Assembly: GCA_964016885.1 (NCBI GenBank)
Contig: OZ024743.1
Coordinates: 146,196,001 to 146,260,000, forward strand
Direction: 5' to 3'
Source: Eledone cirrhosa
Taxonomy: Eukaryota
Length of the DNA stretch: 64,000 nt
The notes under the pieces: generated by a model
What the model was told of the DNA's origin: nothing
Databases searched by the model: none
Seen by the model: only the letters and a program-made list of their open reading frames with translations
Made by a program: the position numbers and the translations under genes
Shown here: positions 41,331 through 55,956 of the stretch, piece by piece
Layout: each line of letters starts with the position of its first letter
Numbering within the stretch: the first letter of the stretch is position 1

Positions 41331-41812
41331 ATATATCGTCATCATCATCATCATTTTACGCCCGCTTTTCCCTGCTTGCAAGAGTTGGACTATATATATA
41401 TATGTATATATTTAGCTATGCAAATGGGCGAAACAAAACACAATACATTGATAGAGTGATATGTTTTATTATAGCTGTGAAACTATACCAGTGACTTGAA
41501 GAACAAGTGTGTTATGTTTATGGACATTTATAAAACTTGTATTTCTTTCTCTCTTTTAGGGATTTTATACAGGTTCTGTCAACCAAATTTCATTCACAAG
41601 GAATTGGTCAACCAAAGGCTTTAGTAAAATACTTACCTAAGAGGCCAAAGAGTAGGATTGAACCAAAACCATATAGCTGTGAAGTAAACTTTTTAACCAA
41701 GTCTGTGCCTAAAGTAATAGTAATAAAATAATCATAAGAATTTTTTTATAATAATTTTCCTTATATAATGTAATGTGATCGAACGTTTTCTAACGTCCAC
41801 ACTTTTTTTCAC

Positions 41813-41872
<60 letters not shown>

Positions 41873-41979
41873 TAGTATATTTACCAACATATGCGTACAG
41901 ATGTACACTAATGCTAGCAAATACATAAGTTATATCATAGTACCTAGGTGGTTCAATGCAGGGGGATGCAGAACAATTA

Positions 41980-42287
41980 TATGAAAGACGTAAAATAAGA
42001 AAATTTTAAAAATTAAAAATTAACTTACTTACTAAAATTTTCACTCCAATTAATTAGTTTCTGTAATGGGATAAAGATAGTTACGCAATGTAACCATCGA
42101 GAATTCATTACGTCATCAGGTAGTCTATTCTCAGCTAAGTCTCCAGGCAATGCGCGGACACTAGAATGAATTCTCGATGGTTACATTGCGTAACTTTCTT
42201 TATTCCATTACAGAAACTAATTAGTTGGAGTGAAAATTTTAGTAAGTAAGTTAATTTTTAATTTTTAAAATTTTCTTATTTTACGTC

Positions 42288-42295
<8 letters not shown>
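41980..42295. mobile_element. Fold-back element with ~128-bp inverted arms (Penelope pLTR-like); related partial copy at 3960-4108
   Basis: Arms about 41980-42109 / 42164-42295; minus strand has CUGAUGA + stem CGUAAUG/CAUUGCG. Confidence 0.7.
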
Positions 42296-42339
<44 letters not shown>

Positions 42340-43034
42340 TCCTAAATTATGGAATAGTTACACCATATCTCTGCATCTTGTATGAGGGAAGTAAAAGGGT
42401 TTGTTACAAGAAGAGCATGTAGTTGTATAAGACCATCTCAAGATGTCCTGTCCAACCCATGCCAGCATGTATAAGTGGATATAGAACATGATGATGATGA
42501 TGATGATGGTAACATAGACGCTTTAACTAACTGCCACATAGGAATAGATTCCGTATTATTCAATATTATTTTCAGTGTGTATGTGCTAGTGTATCTGTGT
42601 GTGTCTTTGTGTGTCTCTTTGTGTGTGTGTGCGTGCGAGTGTTTGTGTGTGTGTGTGCGTGTTTGTGTTTGTGTGCGTGTGCGTGTCTTTGTGTGAGTGT
42701 GTGTGTGTTTGTGTGTGTGTTTGTGTGTGCGTGTGCGTGTGCGTGTGCGTGTGCGTGTGCGTGTGTGTCTTTGTGCGCGCGTGTGTGTGTGTGCATGCAC
42801 ACGTGTGTGTTGTATTTGTGTGTGAGTGTGAGAGAGAGAACATGTGTGTATGTGAGAGTGTCTCTATGAGAGGAAATGTTTGTATGTATTTGTGTGTATA
42901 TGAGTGCGTGTGTGTAAGTTAGAATAAGTGTATGGGAGTGCATGTATGTGTGTGTGAGAGAGATGTTTTGTGATACCAGCATAACTTAGTATGTATGTAT
43001 GTATATATGTATGTATGTATGTATATGTGTATGT

Positions 43035-45383
43035 ATGTTCTTCTGGTTTTATAATTTCACAAAGTTTTACCAATAGAGAGAGAGTCGGTTTCTAATATAG
43101 ACACAAGACTCTCTCATTGGAATTTACACAGCATCAACTAGGTAGATTATGTATGCATGTCTGCATGTGTAGATATGGATGTTATTGTATGTGTGGATGT
43201 GTATGTTTTGATTTGTATGTGTGCATGTGTATATGCTTTGTATCTGTACATGTGTATATGCAGTTATTAGATGCAACATTTTTGGAATGTTTTACATATT
43301 TTTACTGTTCCATTAATGGATTGTACTTGTAATTTCCTAACTAGTTGTGTTCTTTCTGTTCCTGTGAAGCCTAGCTTCTCAAGATTTGTATTGAGGCAGT
43401 TACTAACATACCCCAGTGCCCCAATAATCACAGGCATAAATCTGAAGGTGTAATCAGGGTGGAGTATCTGCAGATTTCTCATCAGTTCTGCATAAATATT
43501 CTCCTTTTCACTAATCTTTGATATTATATTGGCATCTGCTGGGCAGCTAATTTCCACTACTGTGCATCCTTTCTTCTCTCTATCCCATATCATAATTTTT
43601 GGTCTGTTATGTACATGGATGTCTTCCACATTGCTGTAGCTTTTAATGTGTTTATTATCAGGGCTATCTTTTTTATGAACTGCATTGTACAGTGTTTTGG
43701 CCACTACATCATGCCTCATAGGTAGATAGTACCGCGATGACATCTTTGGACAGCTGCTGATGACATGGGTGATATCCTCGATGTTAGTTCTGCATAGTCT
43801 GCACTTGTTATCACATCTAGGTGTTTTGCCTGCATCCCTATCTCTTTTGTGAATCAGGTATTTCGTGTTAATCTCCTGTTCTTGGATTGCAAAAGCGTAT
43901 CCTTCAAAGTGGGAGCTAATATAGCGGTTGTTGGTCCAAGATAGACTACTTTCCTTATCTATATTACTCTCACTCTGGAGCTTCTTGGCAACATATCCAT
44001 GCATGTTTTTTTGCTGATAAGCATGCAGTTTTTCATCCATGGATTCACTGTGATACTGCTGAGCGACTTCTCTGGGTGTGAGTTTTTGATTATCACACAG
44101 GGAATATCTCTCGAGGAGTTCCTTCCCAACTCTCATGATCTTATCTGCAGATAGACTTGCTCGAGAGATGGACTCCTACGCTTCGAGGTTCGTAGATGCT
44201 ATCGGAGAGATATGATGCGACATTCAAATGCTGTCTGGACTGATGTTAGGCCTCTGCCTCCCTGCTTACGTTTCAAGTAAAGGCGGTCTATGTCACTGTC
44301 GATGTGGAAGTTTCCGGTGTTGTTTAGTATTTTTTGAGTTCCAACATCAATCACTCGGATTTCGTCTATCGTCCAATTGAGTATTCCAAACGTTGGTGTT
44401 AGGACAGGCACAGCAAACACATTGTGAGCCACTGTTTTGTTTTGAACAGAGAGTTCCAATAACCAAATCTTTCTTAATCGAATATAGTATTCCCTGGTTA
44501 CGTGTTCCTTATTACAGATACCATTATAGGATATGTTCTCATCTATCCCCAGGTATCTGTAGCAGTCCTCATCAGATATCGGTGAAACAGTTAGGCCATT
44601 GATGACAATGTTGCTAGATTGGGTTGTTGTTTTTCCCCGCTTTACAGTCATGTATGAGCATTTATCTTGGCCAAACTCCATTCCTATATTCTTTGAGAAC
44701 GTTGTAACCAGGTCAAGATTTTTCTTCATCTCATCCATCTTCTTGGCATAGAGTTTCAGATCGTCCACAAAGAAATTATGGGTTAGATTCCTATTTCTGT
44801 CCTGTGAGCCAATGATGTATCCCTTACATTTCTTGAGCAGAAAGGACAAGGGGTTTAATGACAAGATGAATAATATCACAGAGAGACTGTCCCCCTGAAA
44901 TATACCCCTGCAATATTTTATTTTATCAGTGAAAATAGAGTCCTCCCCCTCTGTCTTTAACCTTAGGATAGTAGCCCAAGAAGAAGACAGCCTCTCTATG
45001 GCTCTGACAATAATGTCTGAGACTTTAGCAAGTTGGAGGGCTTCTATCATCCAAGAGTGGGGAACAGAATCGAAAGCTTTACTGTAGTCCAGCCAGACTG
45101 TAGCCATATTCCTCTTAAGTTGTTGCACCTCCGACATCGCAGTTTTGTTGATTAGGAGTTGTTCAGCACATCCCCAAACCCCTTTATTTTCAGCTGCTTG
45201 TTCATCTGTGATGATGTTATTATTTTCACAGTGATCTTGGAGGAATAGGTTCAGGCAGACTGTATACATCTTATACATCAGGTTCTGGCATGCAATGGGT
45301 CAGTAGTTTTTTGCCAAGTGGGTGTCTTTGTTCTTGGGGACCAGTAATGTTTGTGCTAATGTCAACCATTCTGGTATAAGTGT
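43035..45383 (-). mobile_element. R4/Dong-clade non-LTR retrotransposon, 5'-truncated and frameshifted
   Basis: WLDYSKAFDSVPHSW, GIFQGDSLS, FVDDLKLY, CRLC..HVISSC zinc finger, RPKIMIWD..VEISCP RLE; ORF pieces 44199-45278 and 43267-44136. Confidence 0.92.
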
Positions 45384-46060
45384 ATCTATGTATGTATGTA
45401 TGTATGTATGTATGTGTGTGTGTGTGCATGTATGTATGTGTGTGCATGTATGTATGTATGTGTATATATATGTGTGAATGATTACATACACCCATGTGAG
45501 TGAATGCTACACTGTCTCTCCTTCTATAGATATCTCAAGGCCAGTAACTGCTTGTGAGTATTAACAAAGTAAAGTATGTTGGTGTTAAAAAATTACACTT
45601 GGAGAATAAGAACTTAATCAAATAAATCTTAACCTAAACAGCAACAACAACAACAACAACCATAAAAAATTCCCCTTTCCTGAAAAAATTCCATCCCACA
45701 AAACTTCTACCAAAAATCTTAAAACACAACACAAAAATATTATTTCTACCTAAAATGGTTGTGTTTTCGTTACCCCATTTTTAACGCTCTTTAACATTGA
45801 AAGGTAGTTAAAAGAAATATTCTTTGTGTGAAAATGTCTATTTTAATATTGAAAGGTTGAAAATCTCCCATGGAGCTAAAAGATGAAAATGATAACTGAA
45901 TGCTGAATTCCTCCACAGTTGTCATAACTTATTGTCAAAGCATGACTTAGGAAAAAATAAAGTAAATAGAATAAAAATAATAATAAAAAAAACCTAGCTA
46001 TTTCATATTCTTCCAAAAATATGTTTTCAAGTTTGACACTCCCCTGCCCCTTAAAACGGA

Positions 46061-46111
<51 letters not shown>

Positions 46112-46208
46112 CATCATGATCTATCTATCTGTTTATCTGTGTGTATACATACAAGAATAAATATGTATATATATATATATATACATTATATATATATATA
46201 TAAATATG

Positions 46209-46258
<50 letters not shown>

Positions 46259-46519
46259 CACACACACACACACACACCCACACACATATATATGTATACA
46301 CATTCACACATAATGTTTCCCCTTAGTTCAAATATTTTGTTGATTACGATAGTATTAGTTATATGACTATACAATGTCTGTAATGTGTGTATACTAGTTA
46401 CATCATCATCATTACCATTTTACGTCTATATATATTTATGTATGCATGTATATATATATATATATATAAATATATATATATACACACACACATACATATA
46501 TATATATATTTATTTATGA

Positions 46520-46623
<104 letters not shown>

Positions 46624-46637
46624 GCATACATATAAAT

Positions 46638-46713
<76 letters not shown>

Positions 46714-46735
46714 GCATACATATATATATATAAAT

Positions 46736-46769
<34 letters not shown>

Positions 46770-46812
46770 ATGCATACACATATATATATATAAATATATA
46801 TATGTATATGTA

Positions 46813-46859
<47 letters not shown>

Positions 46860-47000
46860 GCCCATCTCTGTATAATATGTATGCGTACATACAAACATAC
46901 ATGTATTTGCGGACATGTCTGAATACACCATATTACTACCTATGTATATATATATTTGTTTATGTATGTATGTATATATATGTATGTATGTATGTGTATG

Positions 47001-47073
<73 letters not shown>

Positions 47074-47440
47074 CTTTGAGTGTGTGAGTGTGTGTGTGAG
47101 TTTGTGTGTGTCTGAGTGTGTGTGAGTGTGAGTGTGTGTGTGTGAGTGTGAGTGTGTGTGTGTGTGAGTGTGAGTGTGTGTGTGCCAGTGTGTTTGTCAA
47201 CATATATGTGTGTAAATGCAGATACAAATACATTCACATTTGCAACCCCAACCCTTCACACCACATACGCCACATGTATCTCTTTAATGTACTTATAGAC
47301 ATTATACATATATATTATATTCATTTACACATCGACATGCATCTATCTATATATATATACATACACACACATATATCTATCTATATATATCAGCATCATC
47401 ATCACTGTTTAATGTCTATTTTCCATGCTTGCATGGGTTA

Positions 47441-47479
<39 letters not shown>

Positions 47480-47491
47480 TTATATGCATTC

Positions 47492-47555
<64 letters not shown>

Positions 47556-47583
47556 TATTTATATATATATTATATATATATAT

Positions 47584-47640
<57 letters not shown>

Positions 47641-50600
47641 GTAATATATATATATATATAAATATTAATGTGAACTGCTCCATCTATAGTTTAGTGCTTT
47701 CACCCTGTTATTTGAAGATCTTTTCTTCCCTGGCCTTTGACTAGATGAGTGTATTGTATTTTCAGATGCAGTTTCCTCTTATGGTTCCAACGAATCATTC
47801 CAAATTTTACCAAATTTTTTTCCTTTCCCACTCTCCTTTGGCAGGAAATCTTCTGCTGTTGATGTTTTGCCGCATGTATTGTTCTTTCTCAGCTGATATC
47901 TTCTTGAGGTAACTCATGTCTTATCATCAGTTTTAGGAAAGTGAATAACACTTTTAAAGTTCCATTTCTTTCCTTCTTTCTTCTTTCTATTTCACTTCCA
48001 TCAAGCTTTTAATAGATTCAAAAATAACTTTAGTTTTGACTTTGTTTATTTGACTTTGTTTAGTTACATATATATTTATTCAGTTATTTTTTATTTATTT
48101 ATTAAATGAATTTCTTCAGCTAATTCTTTCTGTTCCTCTCTCTTTCTCGTTACATTAAAAGAGCTATATTTATTAATATAAAAATTTGCCAAATTTTTTT
48201 GTACTTCACTATGAAGAGTATATTTGGATAATTATAAGCGGAACAGTGAAGTGCACTTTGCTGCTAGGTTTTCTTCACTGTTGCCTTTCATTTGCTACAA
48301 ATAATCAGCGGGTTATGCCAGTTTTCCTAATTAATTTTTTCTCATATTATTACTCTTCTTGGTTCTTTCTTTTTTTTCAATATTAAAATGTTTTTTTAAA
48401 TTTTTTTATTTTTATATTTCATTTTATTTCATTCTATTTTATTTTATTTCCTTTCATTTATCTAAGTCAGGCCATTGGAAAATAAAATAAATGTCCATAA
48501 GTAAGCTGTTTTCATACAGGGTGGTAGACCTTTGCTAGACTTGCTTAAGTGATGTTAATTTCCTGTGAAAATTATACGACAGGAATTTGATATCACTGTT
48601 TGGCACAGTTGCTTTCATACAACACTCTTTTTGTTCATGGCTTTTGTTTTATTTTTTTATTTTAAACTTTACTTTAAGGAGGTAGTTTAGGGGAGGATTT
48701 CTATTCTTATCATTAATATTATCATCATCATTATTATTTTCATTATTATTATTATAATTATTTCTTTTCCTTTTCTTTCTGCAAAATTACAGGTTTGAGG
48801 GCAGTTTTTATGGGAGCCCTAGAATTAATTCCGGAGGTTTCCGATATATCATGTCACACATCTCCGGTGAGCTTGTCCAAGTTCCTCACTTTCTACTCTT
48901 TCACCTTGAAACATTCATATCAAATCTTTTGTCTGTGTAAAAGAATTGGCGATGCCTGTCAGAAGATTTTATGTTTTAATGTTGAAAGAACTTCCTGACA
49001 AACTTTACTGATCTCCCACTGACACCAAAGTAGCTTTGCAGTATATATTTGCATCTCCTGATATACTTTGTTCTTTTTTTTTTTGTGGTTGAGACATGCT
49101 TAGAGGTAGAGTGTGCCAGGTCCAATATAGATACCTTATATTGAGGGGGCCCTTGGGACAAGCAATTTGGATTTATTAGTTCAGAGTAAAGTAATCTTTA
49201 TTCTTGTCCTGTTGTGATAGCTGTCATGTTTTTATTAAGTGTTTTTTTTTTTTATCGCTTCACTTCCCTTTAATAGCTATTGCTTTTGAAAAGGTTTGAA
49301 GTTTACCAGAAATGACTTTTGGGGTTTATTTCGGTAGCTATGTTGATCAAACTAAGCATAAGCAGGAAGTCATAAATGGAAGTATACTTTAATTTATTTT
49401 TTTCCTTTCCCAGTTGAAGCTTGTGTTGCTCTTCCCCCTCAAGCTACCTAGCTTAGCAAACATTATATAGTTCTTTGTGCTCTAAATGTCCCATCCAAAT
49501 TACATGCTTTGTGAGAGATTCACCAACAGAAATATATGACAAGGCTTGAAAGCACAGATACTCCATAACTGTCTAATTAAGAATTATATTTTTTTATGAA
49601 TGAACAAAAATGAACAAAGTGAGGAAAAAAATTGGGGTTTTCTAAAATGAGGAAATGGTCGCAACATGCAGATTTATTCTCCATTAAATTATGGAAGTGG
49701 TGCTGTTTGCAGAGGGAAAAAAATATTTGTGATCCATTAATACAGTGCCATTTAGCCAAAACACAAGTAAACTTGCAACACTTTTCGTTTTTATAATTTG
49801 TTTTGGAAAATATGATTAAAAAAGTTATTTTCCACCAGAGTGTAATTTCTCTGAGTGATAGAACCAAAAGAAATTAACCTTAATTATCTATAAATTTATT
49901 ACAATTATTTGATGGGATATTTTTCTCAGATAATAGCATTCATCTAGCTACTTATCTATGGCAGAAAAATTAAAACTTTTCTTTCTTGATATAAATTTTG
50001 AAACAAATACCCTCACATTATTATAAAAATATACAATTTGGTATTTATATGGAGGTTAATTTATAGACCCTTCCACACTTATTATAAGAATTTGGGAGAA
50101 GAATTTCTCAATTGTCCAAGTAGCTTCATGATCAGTCTTCATTATGGTATTGAAGAAAAGTTGTAATTTTTGACTTTCTGTCAGAAACAATGACTTTAAT
50201 TAGGCACCATGGTAAAGACAAAGCAACAAGTGTTATTTCTGTAAGTCTGAAAGAACTAATTATCATGGTTATAACTAGAAAGAAAGGAAATTCTGCAGAT
50301 ATTTACAGACTCTTTTGATACAAGGAAGCTATAGGATTAATTTTAGCCTGCATTATTTTCATTATAGAAGAAAAGTACTAAAATATCTTACTTAAGCACA
50401 AAAAAGCTTATATGTATATACAGTTAAAATGTACTTTTTATAACTAGTAATTTATTGGTATTTTTTGTTGTTGTTGCTTTGCATAAAAATTCTGCTGATT
50501 GTTGTTGAAGATGTTAAAGACAAATTAACAGATTTGAGAGCAAAATTTTGTTTCTGAGTTTAATAAATAATTTTAACTTTGATAAAAAGTTTTTCTTCCT

Positions 50601-51347
50601 CTCTTATAATTCCATTTATTTATAAGATGCATTATAGGAATATAAATCAGTTCTAATATGTGACTTGTACTCTATTTTATTAAACATAAGAAGGTGAAAG
50701 ACAAAGTTGACCGTGGCAGCATTTAAACTCAGAACAAAGAGGGACATAACTAAATACCACTAGGCATCTATATTGACTGTTACTCTACTAATTTTGCCAT
50801 GCCAAATCAATCAGAAATTGTTGACTAGTATTCAAGAAAATAATTAAAAAAAAAAGAGAAATTCTCACTTAAATATTTGAAAAGTTAAAACTTTTTCCAG
50901 ATATTTAAATATATACCCACCTATATATATAATATATATATACACACACACATATATATATATGGAATATTTTCTTCAGTAAATTGTAGGTATATATCAC
51001 AAAGAATTATGCCAATTTATTATTGCTTTTTAAAAAATAAGTAAGACTTTTAAGGCAAATTTAATATTCTAATTTTAAAAAGTTACCATGAAATATATTT
51101 CAAACTAAATTGATAAATTTAGTGAAAATTCATGATAGAACAAACCCTAAATAATGTGAATAATTCAGAGGTTAAATGATGATGATATATATAGTTTAGG
51201 GATTGTACCATCAAGTTACTTAAGTTCACAAAAAAGTGAGAAGTTGATGTGTTGTCTCCAGTATGTATATTGGAGTTGTACTAAGCAGAGTGTAATAATA
51301 ATAATAAGGACGAGGTGTCAAATTTTCTGATGATGATGATGATGAGG

Positions 51348-51379
<32 letters not shown>

Positions 51380-51415
51380 CTCACACACACCCATATATGT
51401 ACATACATACATATA

Positions 51416-51476
<61 letters not shown>

Positions 51477-51486
51477 AGTGTGTATA

Positions 51487-51550
<64 letters not shown>

Positions 51551-51751
51551 AAAAAAAGGAAAAGAATGACTTCACCTGTAGTTCTAAACAATTTTATTTA
51601 ATTTTATAATATTATAATTTTACAATTTGGTTTTGTAGATCTAGTAAGTTCTTTGTTAACTTCGGAGGGGAGATTTTTAAAGATTCCTGGTTAACTTTCC
51701 TGGAGAACTTTCTCACATTCATTGGTGGCTGGCGATTGTCAAACTGATCTC

Positions 51752-51795
<44 letters not shown>

Positions 51796-51816
51796 ATGTA
51801 TGTATATATGTGTATG

Positions 51817-51850
<34 letters not shown>

Positions 51851-51864
51851 TCTATGTATGTATG

Positions 51865-52690
51865 AATGGCCATCCAAAATCACCGGGAGAGATGACCCCT
51901 TAGCCTTTGTAAAGGCAGAATTCTAGGAGAAGGAAAACTCTGATATAACACCTGCAACCTTGATGGTATCCAATGATGTTGACTTGTTCTTCTTTTTGGT
52001 AAATATCATCTTGGTTAAGAGAGTGGGACTGGCTTTGTGCAGTGCCTTTGCTCACTATAAAAGCTTCACGGCACAGGCATTGCTTTATATCTGGAGATCT
52101 CTCTGCACTTGTCGTCACATGGTACCATGGGCCTGGCACTATGTGTCAATAATTGTCTCAAGTGTAGTGTTTGTACCAGAGTTTTCAAGTCGCTGGCTGG
52201 ACTAAAAAGCCACACTCGTTCAGCGCATCGGTAGGGGTTCTCCTACAGGGATATAAAGTAGTGGCCGTACTCGAAACGAGTTGGCAGCCACCATGTATGT
52301 ATGTATGTATGTATGTATGTATGTATGTATGTATGTATGTATGTATGTATGTATGTATGTATGTATGTATGTACTTTCCAGACAAGAATGGAGCTATAAG
52401 TGTTCATCAGACGACAATATGTAATGTTTGTGGAAGGGTATGCAGGTCGAGTAGTGATCTCACACGACACCTTGGATCACATGGTACCATGGGCCCAGCA
52501 CTAGGTGTCAATAATTGTCACAAGTGTCGTGTTTGTACCAGAGTTTTCAAGTCGCTGGCTGGACTAAAACGTCACACTTGTTCAGCGCATCGGTAGGGGT
52601 TCTCCTACACGGATATAAAGTAGTGGCCGTACTCGAAAACGAGTTGGCAGCCACCATGTATGTATGTATGTATGTATATATATATGTATG
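51865..52690 (+). mobile_element. RTE-like 5' UTR piece plus two tandem LINE 3' ends encoding C2H2 fingers, each with a (TATG)n tail
   Basis: ggagaaggaaaactctga 5' motif; [21 protein letters not shown] and CRVCTRVFKSLAGLKRH; about 52115-52295 duplicated at 52478-52660. Confidence 0.7.
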
Positions 52691-53378
52691 TATAAAAAAA
52701 AAGAAGAGAATTTTTGAAATTGATTTCAAACAAAAAATGTCATGAAATGTTTCAATATAATTGCTCATAATAATGATTTATAAACCGATTTATTATTAAA
52801 AAAATTTTGAGAAAAATTATTTCATCATCAAGCTAAAGAGATTTAATATTTTTGTGTTTGCATTCTTATAAGTTTGACTTATTTTTGCACTTTAATTCAA
52901 ATAAAATAAAATTTTTATTTTCCTAAAGAAAAAAATTACACATTTTTCATAATTATCATATAAAATTTAAAAGAAATTATTCATTGTTTGTAAGGAAAGA
53001 GGCCCCCACCATCCCACACAAAAAATCCATAACAATCAAAAACAACTAAGAAAACAAAACAAAGATAAAGAGAAATAAAGCAAAACTCCACCAAAAGACA
53101 CATTAAAGGAAGGTGGAAAAGGTTATTGTTAAAAACAAATAAAACAAATAACAAAATGGTAGAGTCACAGTATATGGTATATGTAGAGTATTGGAAAGAA
53201 CATTTTTGTGTTAACATATACACGTGTACACACACACATATATCATCATCATCATCATCATCATCATCACCATTGTTTAACATCCATTCTCCATGCTAGC
53301 ATGAGTTTTATATATATATATATAAATAGATATATACAGACACACACATATATATATATATAAACACATACATAGACA

Positions 53379-53445
<67 letters not shown>

Positions 53446-53451
53446 TCACAC

Positions 53452-53508
<57 letters not shown>

Positions 53509-53510
53509 TA

Positions 53511-53678
<168 letters not shown>

Positions 53679-53993
53679 CATACACACACACACACATATA
53701 TATATAAATTACAGTAAGAGAAAATACAACCAAATTCTTGAAAAAATATTATTTATTTGTTTACAATTGTTTGAGAGGACAAAATCAAAATATAATCTAT
53801 AAAATTGAGACTTATCAATATAGGATTGGATTGTACACTTACATTTGATATCTCTATCTATCTATCTACCTATATATATATCATCATCATCATCATCATC
53901 ATCGTTTAACGTCCATCTTTAAACGATGATGATGATGATGATGATATATATATATATATGTCTATATATATATATATACTCACATACACACAC

Positions 53994-54144
<151 letters not shown>

Positions 54145-54201
54145 TATATATATAGACATATATATATATAGACATATATATATTTATATATACATATACA
54201 T

Positions 54202-54234
<33 letters not shown>

Positions 54235-54235
<1 letters not shown>

Positions 54236-54477
54236 AAGCACCCAGCCCACACTGTAAAGTGGTCGTGTAAGCGCCGCCGAAAAAAAAGCACCCAGCACTC
54301 ACTGTAAATGAGGTTGGTGTTAGGAAGGGCATCCAGCTGTAGAAATCAAGCCAGAATCAGTTCCTGTATGAGCAAGGCATGGTCAGCCGACTGGACACTC
54401 CCCACAACAGGACAACCCGTCTAACCCATGCTAGCGTGGAAGAACAGACGTAAAACGGTGATGATGATGATGATGAT
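54235..54477 (+). mobile_element. RTE subfamily B 3' UTR
   Basis: Matches the reverse complement of 39492-39725. Confidence 0.85.
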
Positions 54478-54577
54478 ACATATACATATATATATATATA
54501 CATATAAACACACGCATATACATACACACGCATGTATACATGCACACACACACATGTATATGTATATATATACATTT

Positions 54578-54634
<57 letters not shown>

Positions 54635-54640
<6 letters not shown>

Positions 54641-55406
54641 GGAAAAAATGAAACGAAATTTCATTTCTCACTCTTAGTACGGCTGTTACTTAAATATAAG
54701 TATGTATACGTACATACATATATGTATACAGACGTACAGTAGTATGTATATATATAGACATACATGCACACACATATATATATGTACGTATGGATTCACC
54801 GAACATTTATTATAATGCTCGGTGTGTTTGTAAACAAACATCCCGTATTAAGCCGTAGTGTCTAGCAACCATCGTTGCTCGTTTGTTCAACACTGACAAA
54901 GGAACGCTGTACTAGTTTCAAGCTTATTAGCTACCGTCAGCAACGTATACATTCCTGCCAGATGGTTGAACGTCTGAAAGTATAAACTTTCCTTATGCAC
55001 ATTAACGGCTGAGCAGCCTAATTTGCATATAGAGTGAGTTAATCGGCCGGGCGCACCGAAAACGATAAATGGAAAAAATGAAACGAAATTTCATTTCTCA
55101 CTCTTAGTACGGCTGTTACTTAAATATAAGTATGTATACGTACATAGATATATGTATACAGACGTACAGTAGTATGTATATATATATACATACATGAACA
55201 CATATATATATATATGTACGTATGGATTCACCGAACATTTATTATAATGCTCGGTGTGTTTGTAAACAAACATCCCGTATTAAGCCGTAGTGTCTAATAA
55301 ATGTTCGGTGAATCCATACGTACATATATATATATGTGTGCATGTATGTATATATATACATACTACTGTACGTCTGTATACATATATGTATGTACGTGTA
55401 CATACT

Positions 55407-55410
<4 letters not shown>
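54635..55410 (-). mobile_element. Terminally redundant ~430-bp unit with hammerhead motif and inverted end (retrozyme/PLE-like)
   Basis: Direct repeat 54635-54864 / 55065-55296; inverted segment 55295-55410; hammerhead motif at 54904-54946. Confidence 0.65.
54904..54946 (-). ncRNA. Minimal hammerhead ribozyme motif (A9G variant)
   Basis: ACGUUG CUGACGG UAGCU AAUA AGCUU GAAAC UA GUA CAGCGU; 6-bp stem I, palindromic stem III ACUAGU. Confidence 0.65.
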
Positions 55411-55448
<38 letters not shown>

Positions 55449-55910
55449 AAACATTTAAATATAAATTAATATATATGATGAAACATAAATACCAACATAT
55501 CTGTATTTATATTGCAAAAGAAAATTTAGCTAGAATGAAGTATACTAATTATAATATTACAGTCTGTCCATATCAATTTAAAATAATAAATCAACAAAGA
55601 CGAACTGTATTTCCAAATGGCCGTGATGTTTAGACACATTTAAATTTCAAAATCAAACCTGTTCCATAGATAAGTTTAAACTTTAAAATCCAAATATGTT
55701 TCGAGATGAAAATGTGTAAGGATATCATGTCCTGCTCTCTTCAGTAAACACCCAGAACAAATTGATATGCTTCACTTCTAAATAATTTAAAAGATTGTGT
55801 AACGCACATGGTTCACAGTTTCTAGCTAGCCGCGGTAAAGGCACATATAGTAAGTACAGTGAATTTTTAGAAATTTATTTTAAAACTTTTTCTCTATTTG
55901 CTTGACCTTG

Positions 55911-55956
<46 letters not shown>

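Noticed and set aside
52171-52596. C2H2 zinc-finger host gene
   Set aside because: Lies in duplicated LINE 3' ends with (TATG)n tails and lacks TGEKP linkers
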